64,000 nucleotides of DNA, from IMG/VR virus record IMGVR_UViG_3300045988_160053; one strand, given 5' to 3'. A program made the position numbers and the translations under genes. This DNA comes from a virus. Below the pieces are notes generated by a model that was not told where the DNA came from, made no database searches, and saw nothing but the letters and a program-made list of their open reading frames with translations. The first letter of the stretch is position 1. Each line of letters begins with the position of its first letter. Below are positions 22,101 to 31,542 of the stretch, in pieces.

Positions 22101-25100
22101 GATCTACAATGACAACAATGCTCTTACTCCAGATTCTGTAGCTAATGCTTGCCCGAATCTAAGAGTAATCAAAATTGAAGCCCCTCACTTTACAAATGAT
22201 AAGAAGGATTTTGTTAAAAATACTTCTATGGAATGTATTTATAAGAATGGGGATCCTAAATTAGATAACTGGAAATTTATTAACTGTTTCCACGCTGGAC
22301 AGGGAACTACAAGTAATGAATATGGTTTTGCTGCCAGAAATATTGATGTTATTTGTTGTGCGGATGGTGTACATCAGATCAATAGTAAGATTCCTCTTGA
22401 TCCTAACTATAAGACAGAGTTAGTTCTTGGTGATGGCACAAAATATGAGGACGGAACTGGTAAGATTAGTCTTACAAGAAACTCTGTTCCAAATAATTGG
22501 TGGAATTTTAAAGTAAATGTAGCATCTTCAAATATGGCAACTAATGCATTAGGACAGAAGAGATTCAACGACTTTTTACCATATGAAAGTCCTGCGGTAC
22601 GTAGAGATCCTAAAGTTAAAAACTCTATGGAATTTGTCAACTGTGTAATCTTTATTAAAGAATCTGATCCTGATATTACTACTCATAGAGAATTTCAGGA
22701 TACAGACTGGCACTTCTACTCTCTCGGTAATATGGGAGATTCAAAGAAGACTGATATTACAAGAGCTTATGATCCAGAGGATATGAAAGAATTCTGTATT
22801 GAGATCAGTGACAATACTCTCCCAAACTCTGCATTCCAGACCGGTATAACAAACCAAGATGGAACTATGAAATATCCTATCAGTAAAGCTGAATGGAAAA
22901 CTGGTAATACAGCATATGATGCTCTGTATAATAACTGGGATGGATCATTTGAATTCAGATATGATTGTTGCGGCGATTCTAAGGATGGTTCTGCTCTTAC
23001 TTCTGATGAAGCAAAAAAGAAAATACGTACAGATAACAAACAGATTTGGAGAGACTTCTATGAGTTTGTAATTACGTCTAGTGATAAAGAATTTAAAGAT
23101 GGCTTGAAAGATTGGTGTATTCAGGATGCAATGCTCTATTTCTATTTAGTTACACTCAGATATAGTATGATTGATAATAGAGCCAAGAATGTTTTCCCGC
23201 ATTGGGCAAAACATTATATCACTCAGGAAGAAGCTACAACTATGGGTGATAAAGCTAAATATTATACTATAGATGATGATGCGGCTGCTCTGCATAATGG
23301 TTATAGATTTGATCTATGGGCATATGATATGGACACTCAGCTTGGTATTAATAATTCAGGTGAGCTGTCATTCCCATATGGTAAGGAAGATACTGACTAT
23401 AAAGAAGAAGGAAATCCTTCATCTGGTTATGTTTTCAATGCTGCTGAATCTGTATTGTGGTGCAGAATACGTGATATATTTACACAAGAATTAAGAAATA
23501 TGTATCAGTCTGTAGACTCTAACTGTTGGTCTGATTCTCATTTAATTAATGAATATGAGGCTTGGCAGAGCCAGTTCCCAGAAGAACTTTGGAGAATCCA
23601 CTATGAAAGATTATATCTGAGAACATATCGTGCTGGAACAGTAAGATTCCTTAATGAGATGATGAATGGACGTGGAAAATATCATCTCAGACAATGGGAA
23701 CGTGACCAGCATATTTATATGGGAACGAAATTCTTACATACAGATGTAAAGTCTGATCAGATTATGTTCAGATGTAATACTCCTAAGAAAGTTGTAGTTA
23801 AACCAGATTATACTCTGAAGATCATTCCTTATTCTGATATGTATATTTCTGTACTTTATGGTAATTCACCAGAAACTACTCAGGTACGTGCAAAAGCCGG
23901 ACAAGAATATAAGATTACTACGGACTTAACAAATATGGATGATACAGCTATTCTTATCTATGCTGCATCAAGAATTGAGGCACTAAATGACCTCTCTGCT
24001 TGTTATATTCATGATAATGATTTCTCAAAGGCTTCTAAGCTGAAAACTCTTATCATTGGTAATAATACAGCTGGATATCAGAATACTTTTATGACATCTC
24101 TTAATATGGGTAATAATACTCTTCTTGAGACTTTGGATATTCGTAATTGTCCAAATCTTACAGGATCTGTTAACCTGTCTGCATGTGAAAATCTTATTAA
24201 TCTTTATGCTGATGGAACTATTGTAACATCTGTATTATTTGCTAATCATGGTAAGATTGCTCATGCTTCTCTACCATCTTCTATTAACACTCTTACACTC
24301 AAGAACCTCAAAGACTTAACTGATCTTAAGGTTGCAGGATACGATAATTTACAGACATTTGTGTGTCAGAACTCTATCGTAGATGCTCTTGCTATCTTAA
24401 ATGCTGCTATTAATACTCTTCGTACCGTAACAATTACTGGTATCTCATGGAATCTTGATGATACTACGCTTCTTCTGAAATTAGCAAAGCTTACTGGTAT
24501 TGATGATAATGGAGCTACTACAGAGCAGTCTGTTCTTACTGGAACCGTACATGTACCTGTAGTCAGACAGCAGGAATATAAAGAATTTGTTGGTTCTGAA
24601 GATGAACCTGGAATCTGGACAGACCTTGTTCTTACTTACGATTCAATCATTACTCAATTCAAAGTTACATTTATAAATGATGATGAAAGTAATACTATCC
24701 TTGATATCCAGTACGTAGATAAAGGTGGAAACGCTGTTGATCCTACTACAAGAGAAGTTAATCCGATTCCTATTCCTACAAAGAAAAGCACAATTAAGCT
24801 TGATTATACCTTCAAAGGATGGGAAGGTTCAATGACAGGAATCTTTGCTGACAGAACTATTACTGCTATATATGACAGTAAAATCCGTGAATATACTGTA
24901 AAATATGTTTCTAAAGGATTATCTCTTCAAGAATCTACTGCCCAGTATGGTTCTTATGTAAAATATACAGGTGATACTCCTGTATATACTGCTGAGGAAT
25001 CTGCTTATAAGTACAATCTGTTTAAAGGATGGGATAAGTCAGGATTTGTCGATGGAAATAAAACGATCAATGCAGTATATGAAACATGCGAATACGTAGA

Positions 25101-26331
25101 TGGATACTTTGATAGTAAGGATCTGGCCAATATGACACAGGTTGAGCTTTATACTCTTATGAAAATGGGACTTGAAGCAAAATCATTATCATTAAAAGAT
25201 ACATTAGATTTCAAACTTGGTGTTGATTATAGCTATGGCGACATTGAAGAGCATGAAGTTATTTCAGCTGCGACTAAATTTGATGGAACAAACTATATTG
25301 ACACCGGATTAAAAATCATGGAAAAAGACAGAGACTTTACAATTGCTATTGACTTTGAATTTGATTCAGGAAATAGTGTAAACTCCACTCTTGCTCAGTG
25401 TTTTCAAGGTGATGGTTCAAATGGATTCAGACTTTGGTATTCTCAGGAACCTCGTTTCTCATGGAATACTGATAGTATAACTCCATCTGCTGGAACAAAC
25501 CGAGAGATTATTGTATTTCGTCATGAAGCTGGAAGTCAGAAGCTTTATATGTACAATTCAAACATGACTGGGAAAGAAGTATCTTCTACTACTCTGAATG
25601 CGATCAGGATTCCAGAGCATAGTTCCACTCTCGTATTTGGATGTTCTAAAGCTGACGATGGAGCATATGAAAACTTTGCAAAAGGCACTATACATTGGGC
25701 TAAAGTCTGGTACGCAGATCTTGGTGAAGAACAATGTATGGATATTGCTGCATGGATCCACGAAGTAATCCCTATGGAAGTGGCTAAGTTTAAAGGATAT
25801 TATCTGTCTGACGTTGCTTCAAAGAGAGCTAACATTACATTTGTTGCTTCTAATCTCCTTGGTACAGAAAAACCTTATAATAATAAGAGCACAAATGCAG
25901 GTGGATGGGCTGATTCTACATTAAATACATGGTTGAATACTCGTATGGTTAAGGCAATCTCTCCTTTATGGAAAGCTCTGATCAAACCTGTAAAAGTATA
26001 CTCTTCTATTGGTAATAAATCTAATGACACTTCTGTATCTAATTGCAGATTCTATGTTCCATCTCTGTACGAAGTTGATCCTACTGCTACTTCTGAACCA
26101 TATATTTCTGAAACAAATGCTCCTATTGCTTATTTCACAGATGATGATACCAGAAAGAAAGCAAAACCTTCTATTCCTGCAGAGTATAAATCTTATTGGA
26201 CCAGATCTCCAAATGCTACAGTTGCAAACTGGTTGTATACGGTTAATGAATCTGGTGCAACATATGGATTCTCTTATCCAGGACAGAATTCTGGAATTTT
26301 ACTTATGTTCTCAATTTCATGCGAGGGGTAA
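19108..26331 (+). CDS. giant mosaic tail fibre/adhesin (2407 aa) with a CotH-like kinase-fold domain
   Basis: Approximate order of segments:
- BppU-like N-domain.
- Coiled coil.
- Several Ig-like segments.
- CotH-like region 22140-23740 (…LRYSMIDNRAKNVFPHW… and …FDLWAYDMDTQLGINN…).
- Leucine-rich repeats 23975-24510.
- Listeria-Bacteroides/InlB B-repeat-like units 24658-25085 (…YTFKGWEG…, …YNLFKGWDKSG…).
- LamG/concanavalin-like region 25270-25725.
- C-terminal domain ending …YWTRSP… (DUF6273-like). Confidence 0.75.
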   Translation: MSFKDSKIAAAANSAMTLSAELAVDTEEYTLCTDGRYEVYTKYQDNAYSTVDNLKNIAVDATQINIMQEENSQYMPFRIPRYWDGMDLMDMLIQIRYESVAEKKGKVATVINVASNNTYIRFGWLIDAAVTANAGDIIFEIMATGVNEKGNNYIWRTRPNGQFTVLQGLNYDGIIEPSEDWYTSFVNMILGHVAEAKQYADEAKASAASINVDDIKADVKTSVMNDLNGTVTESLKAYYTKTEVDTKVKELNTAISGIDSLKNLKVEYDNTTGNLVFKDGTEPIGKPITINSLANLIVEYSVVNGKGSLVFKDGETIIQTVELSSIEPSAEWRAALKQELEAEMDEKDTVISNRIDPLETAKTEIEKNVNANTTAVSEIKTTISNIEKKVESAATKSDEAKNAVDILKQNMTSYDTQFEGINTDITDVKAAIEEIKKNPAAAEYDVTYENSIFTFLKDGEIQKSFKIEGGGGSSSDTTTITIERITNADAIFLLGSKAIIEYSFSSVDNTGDTTGAGTAVWKVGNTIVATNTAAQGNNSFDITEYLNVGANTIRLTITDSFGTLATKTWTVTIVEFKLESTFDDTLLYTNTDVVFRYTPYGNVNKTLHFILDGKDLGTVETQSSGRIMSYNIPKQEHGSHLLKVYMTATINNKEITSNTICKDIICVDPTNRTPIIGCAQQEFTAQQYQATSIKYVVYDPDHNPASVKLSIDGKVQSTLSVNRSAQIWSYKSSTEGKHNLTISCRKVTKILSVNITKLDIDVEPIIANLAFDFNPVGKSNGDTDRLWTDKNNSAITLSVSDNFDWDNGGYQIDASGNQYFCVKAGTTAQINYNLFGKDPKQTGSEFKFVFKTQNVRNASATFLSCIDGTEGSDVGIKMDVHEAYVNTSTDSLYFPYSEEDIIEFEYNINTIDTKDTSATSIIMTYEDGVGGRPLIYDNSHRLHQYSPVPITIGSPDCDVLIYRMKAYSASLTDSDILANFIADARDSDEMIARYNRNQIYNDNNALTPDSVANACPNLRVIKIEAPHFTNDKKDFVKNTSMECIYKNGDPKLDNWKFINCFHAGQGTTSNEYGFAARNIDVICCADGVHQINSKIPLDPNYKTELVLGDGTKYEDGTGKISLTRNSVPNNWWNFKVNVASSNMATNALGQKRFNDFLPYESPAVRRDPKVKNSMEFVNCVIFIKESDPDITTHREFQDTDWHFYSLGNMGDSKKTDITRAYDPEDMKEFCIEISDNTLPNSAFQTGITNQDGTMKYPISKAEWKTGNTAYDALYNNWDGSFEFRYDCCGDSKDGSALTSDEAKKKIRTDNKQIWRDFYEFVITSSDKEFKDGLKDWCIQDAMLYFYLVTLRYSMIDNRAKNVFPHWAKHYITQEEATTMGDKAKYYTIDDDAAALHNGYRFDLWAYDMDTQLGINNSGELSFPYGKEDTDYKEEGNPSSGYVFNAAESVLWCRIRDIFTQELRNMYQSVDSNCWSDSHLINEYEAWQSQFPEELWRIHYERLYLRTYRAGTVRFLNEMMNGRGKYHLRQWERDQHIYMGTKFLHTDVKSDQIMFRCNTPKKVVVKPDYTLKIIPYSDMYISVLYGNSPETTQVRAKAGQEYKITTDLTNMDDTAILIYAASRIEALNDLSACYIHDNDFSKASKLKTLIIGNNTAGYQNTFMTSLNMGNNTLLETLDIRNCPNLTGSVNLSACENLINLYADGTIVTSVLFANHGKIAHASLPSSINTLTLKNLKDLTDLKVAGYDNLQTFVCQNSIVDALAILNAAINTLRTVTITGISWNLDDTTLLLKLAKLTGIDDNGATTEQSVLTGTVHVPVVRQQEYKEFVGSEDEPGIWTDLVLTYDSIITQFKVTFINDDESNTILDIQYVDKGGNAVDPTTREVNPIPIPTKKSTIKLDYTFKGWEGSMTGIFADRTITAIYDSKIREYTVKYVSKGLSLQESTAQYGSYVKYTGDTPVYTAEESAYKYNLFKGWDKSGFVDGNKTINAVYETCEYVDGYFDSKDLANMTQVELYTLMKMGLEAKSLSLKDTLDFKLGVDYSYGDIEEHEVISAATKFDGTNYIDTGLKIMEKDRDFTIAIDFEFDSGNSVNSTLAQCFQGDGSNGFRLWYSQEPRFSWNTDSITPSAGTNREIIVFRHEAGSQKLYMYNSNMTGKEVSSTTLNAIRIPEHSSTLVFGCSKADDGAYENFAKGTIHWAKVWYADLGEEQCMDIAAWIHEVIPMEVAKFKGYYLSDVASKRANITFVASNLLGTEKPYNNKSTNAGGWADSTLNTWLNTRMVKAISPLWKALIKPVKVYSSIGNKSNDTSVSNCRFYVPSLYEVDPTATSEPYISETNAPIAYFTDDDTRKKAKPSIPAEYKSYWTRSPNATVANWLYTVNESGATYGFSYPGQNSGILLMFSISCEG

Positions 26332-26360
26332 CTATTCCCCTCTTATAAGGAGGATATCAC

Positions 26361-26603
26361 ATGTATTATAAAGTAATCAAAAATGATGAAGTCGTAGATG
26401 TCCTTAATCATATCCTGTATATCAAATATCAGGAAAAACATAGTCTGTTGCTTCTATGTGATATCACAGAAGCACAGGCTATTTTAAGTTCAGACGGAAA
26501 ATATGGATGGCACATTGAAGGTCTCTATAATTTTCCGCCTGATAATGACATTTATGCAATAAAAGAAATTTCAAAATATGAATATGACAAATTGAAGAGG
26601 TGA
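26361..26603 (+). CDS. hypothetical small protein (80 aa)
   Basis: Track ORF with a TAAGGAGGA RBS. No motif. Confidence 0.55.
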   Translation: MYYKVIKNDEVVDVLNHILYIKYQEKHSLLLLCDITEAQAILSSDGKYGWHIEGLYNFPPDNDIYAIKEISKYEYDKLKR

Positions 26604-26610
26604 TCACAGC

Positions 26611-27474
26611 ATGGCGTTAATTCCAACCTGGTATTCTGCATCAACTAAGCAAATTGCAGAAAAGGCTTTACAAAGAGGGGTGCTAAAATACCCAGGACTT
26701 TGTTACATCCAAGACAGTAAGAGTATAGCGTGGGTGACCATCGACAACACATTAGAATATGTCAAAGGAGATAAACAGATTACAGATGTAAAATGCATCG
26801 GATCAAATCTTATGTTTTTCTCTGGAGATAAACTGCTTTTCTCTTATGACATATCTATGACTGATGAAGATAAAGATCATATTATTGAAGAGGTCAAGAA
26901 AACAATCGGATTGGATAATTATGTCAAATCTTCTGAGCTTTCTACTCTTTTAGATAATATAATCGGTAATCTTGAAGATAAGTCCACTGTTGTAGACTAT
27001 ATCAACAGCTTATCTTATAACAAATTATTTGACGTACCTATTGTAAATCTTATAGGTACACTTACTGTTCCTGTGAAGATATCATCACTCGATGATGGTA
27101 TTTATAAAGTAAAAGGCCAATGTATCATTGGCGGAAACAATACTACTGTTCAATCTTCTGCAGACGATGTTCTGTATCTTGTATCTCATGATGCTGATAC
27201 TTCCAGCACAACAATCACAAAAATGCAAGGAAAATCTATTACATTGTATTTCATTCAGCAAGATGGTGAATATACGACTGATCGTTATGTCACTGAAAGC
27301 TGGATTAATGAACAGAATTTTGCAAGTGCTGATTCTGTAAAAGAATATGTTTCAAATATCATTGAAGAAACTGTTCTGGATGTTTTAGATGAACATATTG
27401 ACTCTGCTTTAGACCGAAAACTCGGAGGTATTGATTCCGAAGATTTAACAAATATATTTCAAGGAGGAAACTAA
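26611..27474 (+). CDS. hypothetical virion-module protein (287 aa)
   Basis: Track ORF with a GAAGAGGTGA RBS, between fibre genes. No motif. Confidence 0.6.
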   Translation: MALIPTWYSASTKQIAEKALQRGVLKYPGLCYIQDSKSIAWVTIDNTLEYVKGDKQITDVKCIGSNLMFFSGDKLLFSYDISMTDEDKDHIIEEVKKTIGLDNYVKSSELSTLLDNIIGNLEDKSTVVDYINSLSYNKLFDVPIVNLIGTLTVPVKISSLDDGIYKVKGQCIIGGNNTTVQSSADDVLYLVSHDADTSSTTITKMQGKSITLYFIQQDGEYTTDRYVTESWINEQNFASADSVKEYVSNIIEETVLDVLDEHIDSALDRKLGGIDSEDLTNIFQGGN

Positions 27475-27476
27475 TT

Positions 27477-28547
27477 ATGGCAAAATTACAGTTCGCTACA
27501 CTTTCTAATCTTCAGGAGTTTTTAAATCTGCATAACGTACAGATCGACTCTAAAATCAGTGAGGCTGTCAAAAACTCAATTAAAACAGTATCTCAGTCAG
27601 AAGACGGATACACACTTTATTTCTACACAAAAACTGCTCCAGTAACTATTGATGAAGCAGCATTTACTATTACTATTCCTCAGCCAACAGGTAAGGCAGA
27701 TAAAGTAAAAGGAGCTATTTCCGGACATCTTGCAGGTCTTGATGCTAATGGTAATCTGGTAGATTCTGGAAAGGCAGCTACAGATTTCGATGCAGCCGGA
27801 GCTGCTAACACAGCAAAAACAGAAGTAATGTCTTATGTTGGTACTATTCCTGCTGATGCAAAAGCTAAAGATGTAGTTTCTTATATTAAAGAAGCTGTAA
27901 AAACAGGCACATATGATGATTCTGCTCTAAAATCCAGTGTTGCAGCTAATACCGCAGCAATCAGTACTCTTAATGGAACCGGGGCTGGATCCGTAAAGAA
28001 AGCTGTTTCTGATGCAGTTGCTCAGATTGTTAACGGTGCCCCAGAAGCGTATGACACGCTGAAGGAAATCTCTGATTGGATTTCTTCTCATGCATCTGAT
28101 GCAGCAGGAATGAATAGTCAGATTACTACCAATAAAGAGGATATCTCTAAGCTGAAAACACTTATCGGTACTCTCCCAAACACAGCAACATCTAAAGATA
28201 TCGTAAGTTATATTGCTGAATATGTTTCTAAGGCTCTTGCAGATTCTGACCTTTCTCAGTATGCGAAAGCTGAAGATCTGACAGCCGCTGTAGGAAGAAT
28301 TGATGCTATTGAAAAGAAATTACCTACATTAGAAGCTGCTGATAAAAAGAATACCGAAGATATTACTGCTATTAAAGGCAGAATGGATACAGCAGAAGGC
28401 AAAATTACTGCTGTAGAAAAAGATCTTGCTACTGAAAAACCGAAGATTGCTAAAAATGCATCTGATATTGCCGCTCTTAAAGGGCTTGTTGGAGATGGAT
28501 ATGAAGCAATTCCAAGTGCGTCTATCAAAGGTTTATTTACTGCGTAA
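27477..28547 (+). CDS. tail fibre-like protein (356 aa)
   Basis: Ala-rich repeats (DFDAAGAANTAKTEV, duplicated KDVVSYIKEAV / KDIVSYIAEYV) and GAPEAYDTLKEISDWI, a motif frequent in phage fibre shafts. RBS CAAGGAGGAAA. Confidence 0.6.
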   Translation: MAKLQFATLSNLQEFLNLHNVQIDSKISEAVKNSIKTVSQSEDGYTLYFYTKTAPVTIDEAAFTITIPQPTGKADKVKGAISGHLAGLDANGNLVDSGKAATDFDAAGAANTAKTEVMSYVGTIPADAKAKDVVSYIKEAVKTGTYDDSALKSSVAANTAAISTLNGTGAGSVKKAVSDAVAQIVNGAPEAYDTLKEISDWISSHASDAAGMNSQITTNKEDISKLKTLIGTLPNTATSKDIVSYIAEYVSKALADSDLSQYAKAEDLTAAVGRIDAIEKKLPTLEAADKKNTEDITAIKGRMDTAEGKITAVEKDLATEKPKIAKNASDIAALKGLVGDGYEAIPSASIKGLFTA

Positions 28548-28567
28548 AAATACAATTGATTTTATTG

Positions 28568-28600
28568 GGAGGAGGGCTGCAATGCTCTCCTTCTATTTTA
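28568..28600 (+). terminator. hairpin plus T-rich tract after the 356-aa fibre gene
   Basis: GGAGGAGGGC (28568-28577) pairs with GCTCTCCTTC (28584-28593) including two G-U pairs. 6-nt loop, then TATTTTA. Confidence 0.4.
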
Positions 28601-28633
28601 AAAATAAAAATGGAAGGATGTGACTAATGCAAA

Positions 28634-31528
28634 ATGAAAGAACAATTTCTTAATCTCACTGGATTAACAGAACTGGTTGGTTATTTGAAGACAAGTATAG
28701 CTAATCATAAAGAAATACTTCCATATGCTTCCAATAAGTTATTTCCGTCTGTTGGAGATATAAATACTATTTATATAAATACTGCTACGAATACTATTTA
28801 TCGTTGGGATAGCTCAAGCAAAACTTATATTACTCTAGCAAAAGCCGTAAAGTCTGTTGCTATTTCAGAAGCTACTGAAAACGGAAAAATCACACTCACT
28901 GTAGATGGTAATAAAACTACTGTTCCTATTCATGGATTAGGATCTGCTGCATATACAAATTCAAGTGCTTACTCTCCTGCCGGGCATACTCATACAAAAG
29001 CTCAGGTAGGGCTTGGCAATGTAGATAATACTGCCGATGCAAATAAGAGTGTAAAACATGCAACTACTGCTGATAGTGCAACTACTGCAGGAACAGCTAC
29101 AAATGTATCCGCTGGAGAAGGTACTGCTGATGCAGCTAGACATGTTTGGTTTTCTGACTCTACCACAGAGACAAAGCGAGTATACAGCGATAAGTTTAAA
29201 TATAATCCTGTTACTAATAATCTGACGGTAAATGTTACAGGAAATGCTGCGACTGCAAGTAGTGTCGCATGGGGTAACATTACAGAAAAACCTTCTACCT
29301 ATACTCCTTCTGCGCATAATCATAATGATTCAACTATTACTTCTCTCAACGCAAGTAAACTCTTTGGAACAATTGATATTGCAAGGCTTCCTCATGGAGC
29401 ATTAGAACGTCTGGTTATTGTTGAAGATGATACTGCACGTTTTAAACTTACTACTGCTAATATTCAGCTTGGTGATACCGTAAAAGTAACTAAGACTGAA
29501 AAAATGTATTATGTTGTTGATGAGAGCAAATTATCTTCTGAGGCTGGTTATTCAGTATATACTGCCGGAACTGCTACTTCTGTACCATGGTCTGGAGTTA
29601 CTGAAAAGCCTAGCAGCTATCCACCAGCATCTCATAATCATGATGAACGTTATTATACCGAGACTGAGATGAATAGTAAATTAGCTGAAAAAGCTACAAA
29701 AGTACATACGCATACTAAAAGTGAAGTTGGATTAGGCAACGTTGACAATACTGCTGATGCCACAAAAAGTGTTAAATATGCTATTTCTGCAGGTAGCGCA
29801 TCATCTGCCGCTGCTCTTACTTCTAATGCTGGATCATCAACTCAGCCAGTATATTTCTCAGGTGGTAAGCCAGTAGCTTGTTCATATACACTTGGTAAGT
29901 CAGTGCCTGCAGATGCATTATTTACCGATCATACTTATGGAAACATGAAGGGTGCTACTTCTTCTTCCGCCGGAAGTGCTGGTCTTGTTCCTGCACCTAA
30001 TATAGGAGAACAATTAAAATTTCTTCGTGCAGATGGTACATGGGTAATTCCTACAAATACGACATATTCTGTAGGTACATCAAGTTACTTAGGAATAACT
30101 AAGCTTTATACTGAAACTGGGTCGGCTACAGATGGTACCATGACTCAAAATGCTATTACTTCTGCTCTTAACGGGAAATCTCCTACCTCTCATACGCACA
30201 ATTATGCAGGAAGTTCTAGTTCTGGTGGTGCTGCAAACTCCGCAAATAAACTAGCAACTGCTAGAACCGTATCTGGTGGAACTGACATCACGCTAAGTTT
30301 TAACTATGATGGTAGTGGTAACTCCTCTGCAAATATCGGATTTTATAGTTCGTCTGCGAGTGTAGGCGACAAAAACAATTATCCATTCCATCGATTCGCA
30401 AAACTGGATACTATTGCTGCAAGCTATTCAGATAAATCAACCACATTCTTTATCTCACAGGATTATAGTGGTGGTGGCTTCGGTATTGTACGAATTGTAT
30501 TACGTACGAATAACAGCAGCTTAGCATCGACAGTTGAAGTAAAATGGCTGGTTCGTTGTGGCTTAAGTGCGGATAGCGTACAAGTCGGAATTTACAATGT
30601 TTTTGGAAAGACTTACGCAGATGCCTTCTTTAAAACAGGAGGATCGTATGCTGGAACTTGTTTCCGTACACTTGCAAGTGGTGCGCGTGGTGGTATTAGC
30701 AGAACTTGGGTGCTGGTCAATTCTTCAGAAGTAAGTGGAACCTCTGCAACAGATGCAAAAACATCTACCGAGTGTTATGCTACTATTGCAGCTGCTGGTA
30801 CCGCACTTCATAAACAAGCATATAGTAGTATCGTTTCTGGTACTGATAGCGGTACTGCATCTTATGCGAATAGTGCTGGCAGTGCAAATTCTGTTGCTTG
30901 GGGTAATGTTACAGGTAAGCCATCTACATTCGCACCATCATCTCATACTCATAACTATGCAGGATCCTCTTCTGCTGGCGGTGCTGCTACATCAGCAATT
31001 AAATTATCCACACCTAGAAAAATTGGTAACGCATCTTTTGATGGTACTGCTGATATTACCTTATCTCAGATGGGACTTAATGTTCCTGTTGAAATTACAA
31101 AAGCTAACTATCTTGCAAAAAAGAAAGCTGGAACTTTAAATGCAAATACCTATTACAATGTTATTGATGAATATGATTCTGCAAATGTTATTAACGACTC
31201 ATCTGTAACAACCAACAGTACATTTTCAAGTACTAAATCGGAAAAAACATATGCAAAGAAAAGTACACTTGTTAATACTACTCTCACGGCTAGTAAATGG
31301 ACTGGTTCCTCTGCTCCGTATACATATGTATTACCTGTATCTGGTGCGACTACTTCAAATATAGTAGAAATTAATTATGCTTCTAATGCATCATCTCAAG
31401 CAATAGAGGCATATCAGAACGCTATGTTAGCAGATGGAGGGCAGACTACAAATCAGATTACTATAAAAGCAACCGAGAAACCAACTGTAGATATTCCCAT
31501 TACTATTGTTATAAGAAATGATTTATAA
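28634..31528 (+). CDS. long tail fibre protein (964 aa) with Phage_fiber_2-like repeats and six HxH motifs
   Basis: Duplicated HTHTK[AS][QE]VGLGNVDNTADA[NT]KSVK. Three copies of W[GS]x[IV]T[EG]KPS..(P)..SH[NT]H. Two copies of SHTHNYAGSSS.GGAA.SA.KL.T.R. These motifs are typical of phage fibre repeats. Weak RBS. Confidence 0.75.
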   Translation: MKEQFLNLTGLTELVGYLKTSIANHKEILPYASNKLFPSVGDINTIYINTATNTIYRWDSSSKTYITLAKAVKSVAISEATENGKITLTVDGNKTTVPIHGLGSAAYTNSSAYSPAGHTHTKAQVGLGNVDNTADANKSVKHATTADSATTAGTATNVSAGEGTADAARHVWFSDSTTETKRVYSDKFKYNPVTNNLTVNVTGNAATASSVAWGNITEKPSTYTPSAHNHNDSTITSLNASKLFGTIDIARLPHGALERLVIVEDDTARFKLTTANIQLGDTVKVTKTEKMYYVVDESKLSSEAGYSVYTAGTATSVPWSGVTEKPSSYPPASHNHDERYYTETEMNSKLAEKATKVHTHTKSEVGLGNVDNTADATKSVKYAISAGSASSAAALTSNAGSSTQPVYFSGGKPVACSYTLGKSVPADALFTDHTYGNMKGATSSSAGSAGLVPAPNIGEQLKFLRADGTWVIPTNTTYSVGTSSYLGITKLYTETGSATDGTMTQNAITSALNGKSPTSHTHNYAGSSSSGGAANSANKLATARTVSGGTDITLSFNYDGSGNSSANIGFYSSSASVGDKNNYPFHRFAKLDTIAASYSDKSTTFFISQDYSGGGFGIVRIVLRTNNSSLASTVEVKWLVRCGLSADSVQVGIYNVFGKTYADAFFKTGGSYAGTCFRTLASGARGGISRTWVLVNSSEVSGTSATDAKTSTECYATIAAAGTALHKQAYSSIVSGTDSGTASYANSAGSANSVAWGNVTGKPSTFAPSSHTHNYAGSSSAGGAATSAIKLSTPRKIGNASFDGTADITLSQMGLNVPVEITKANYLAKKKAGTLNANTYYNVIDEYDSANVINDSSVTTNSTFSSTKSEKTYAKKSTLVNTTLTASKWTGSSAPYTYVLPVSGATTSNIVEINYASNASSQAIEAYQNAMLADGGQTTNQITIKATEKPTVDIPITIVIRNDL

Positions 31529-31542
31529 AAGGAGGCGATAAC

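Noticed and set aside
12215-25761. Embedded ORFs inside the Tal and 2407-aa fibre genes (12215-12400, 13058-13375, 13552-14091, 14962-16055, 19236-20849, 22407-23494, 25558-25761)
   Set aside because: Same reasoning: nested in long, well-supported genes, with no start context and no recognisable motifs.
26009-28623. ORFs 26009-26371, 27128-27340, 28256-28555 (-) and 28426-28623
   Set aside because: They are alternate-frame or antisense overlaps of supported fibre genes. 28426-28623 runs through the terminator hairpin.
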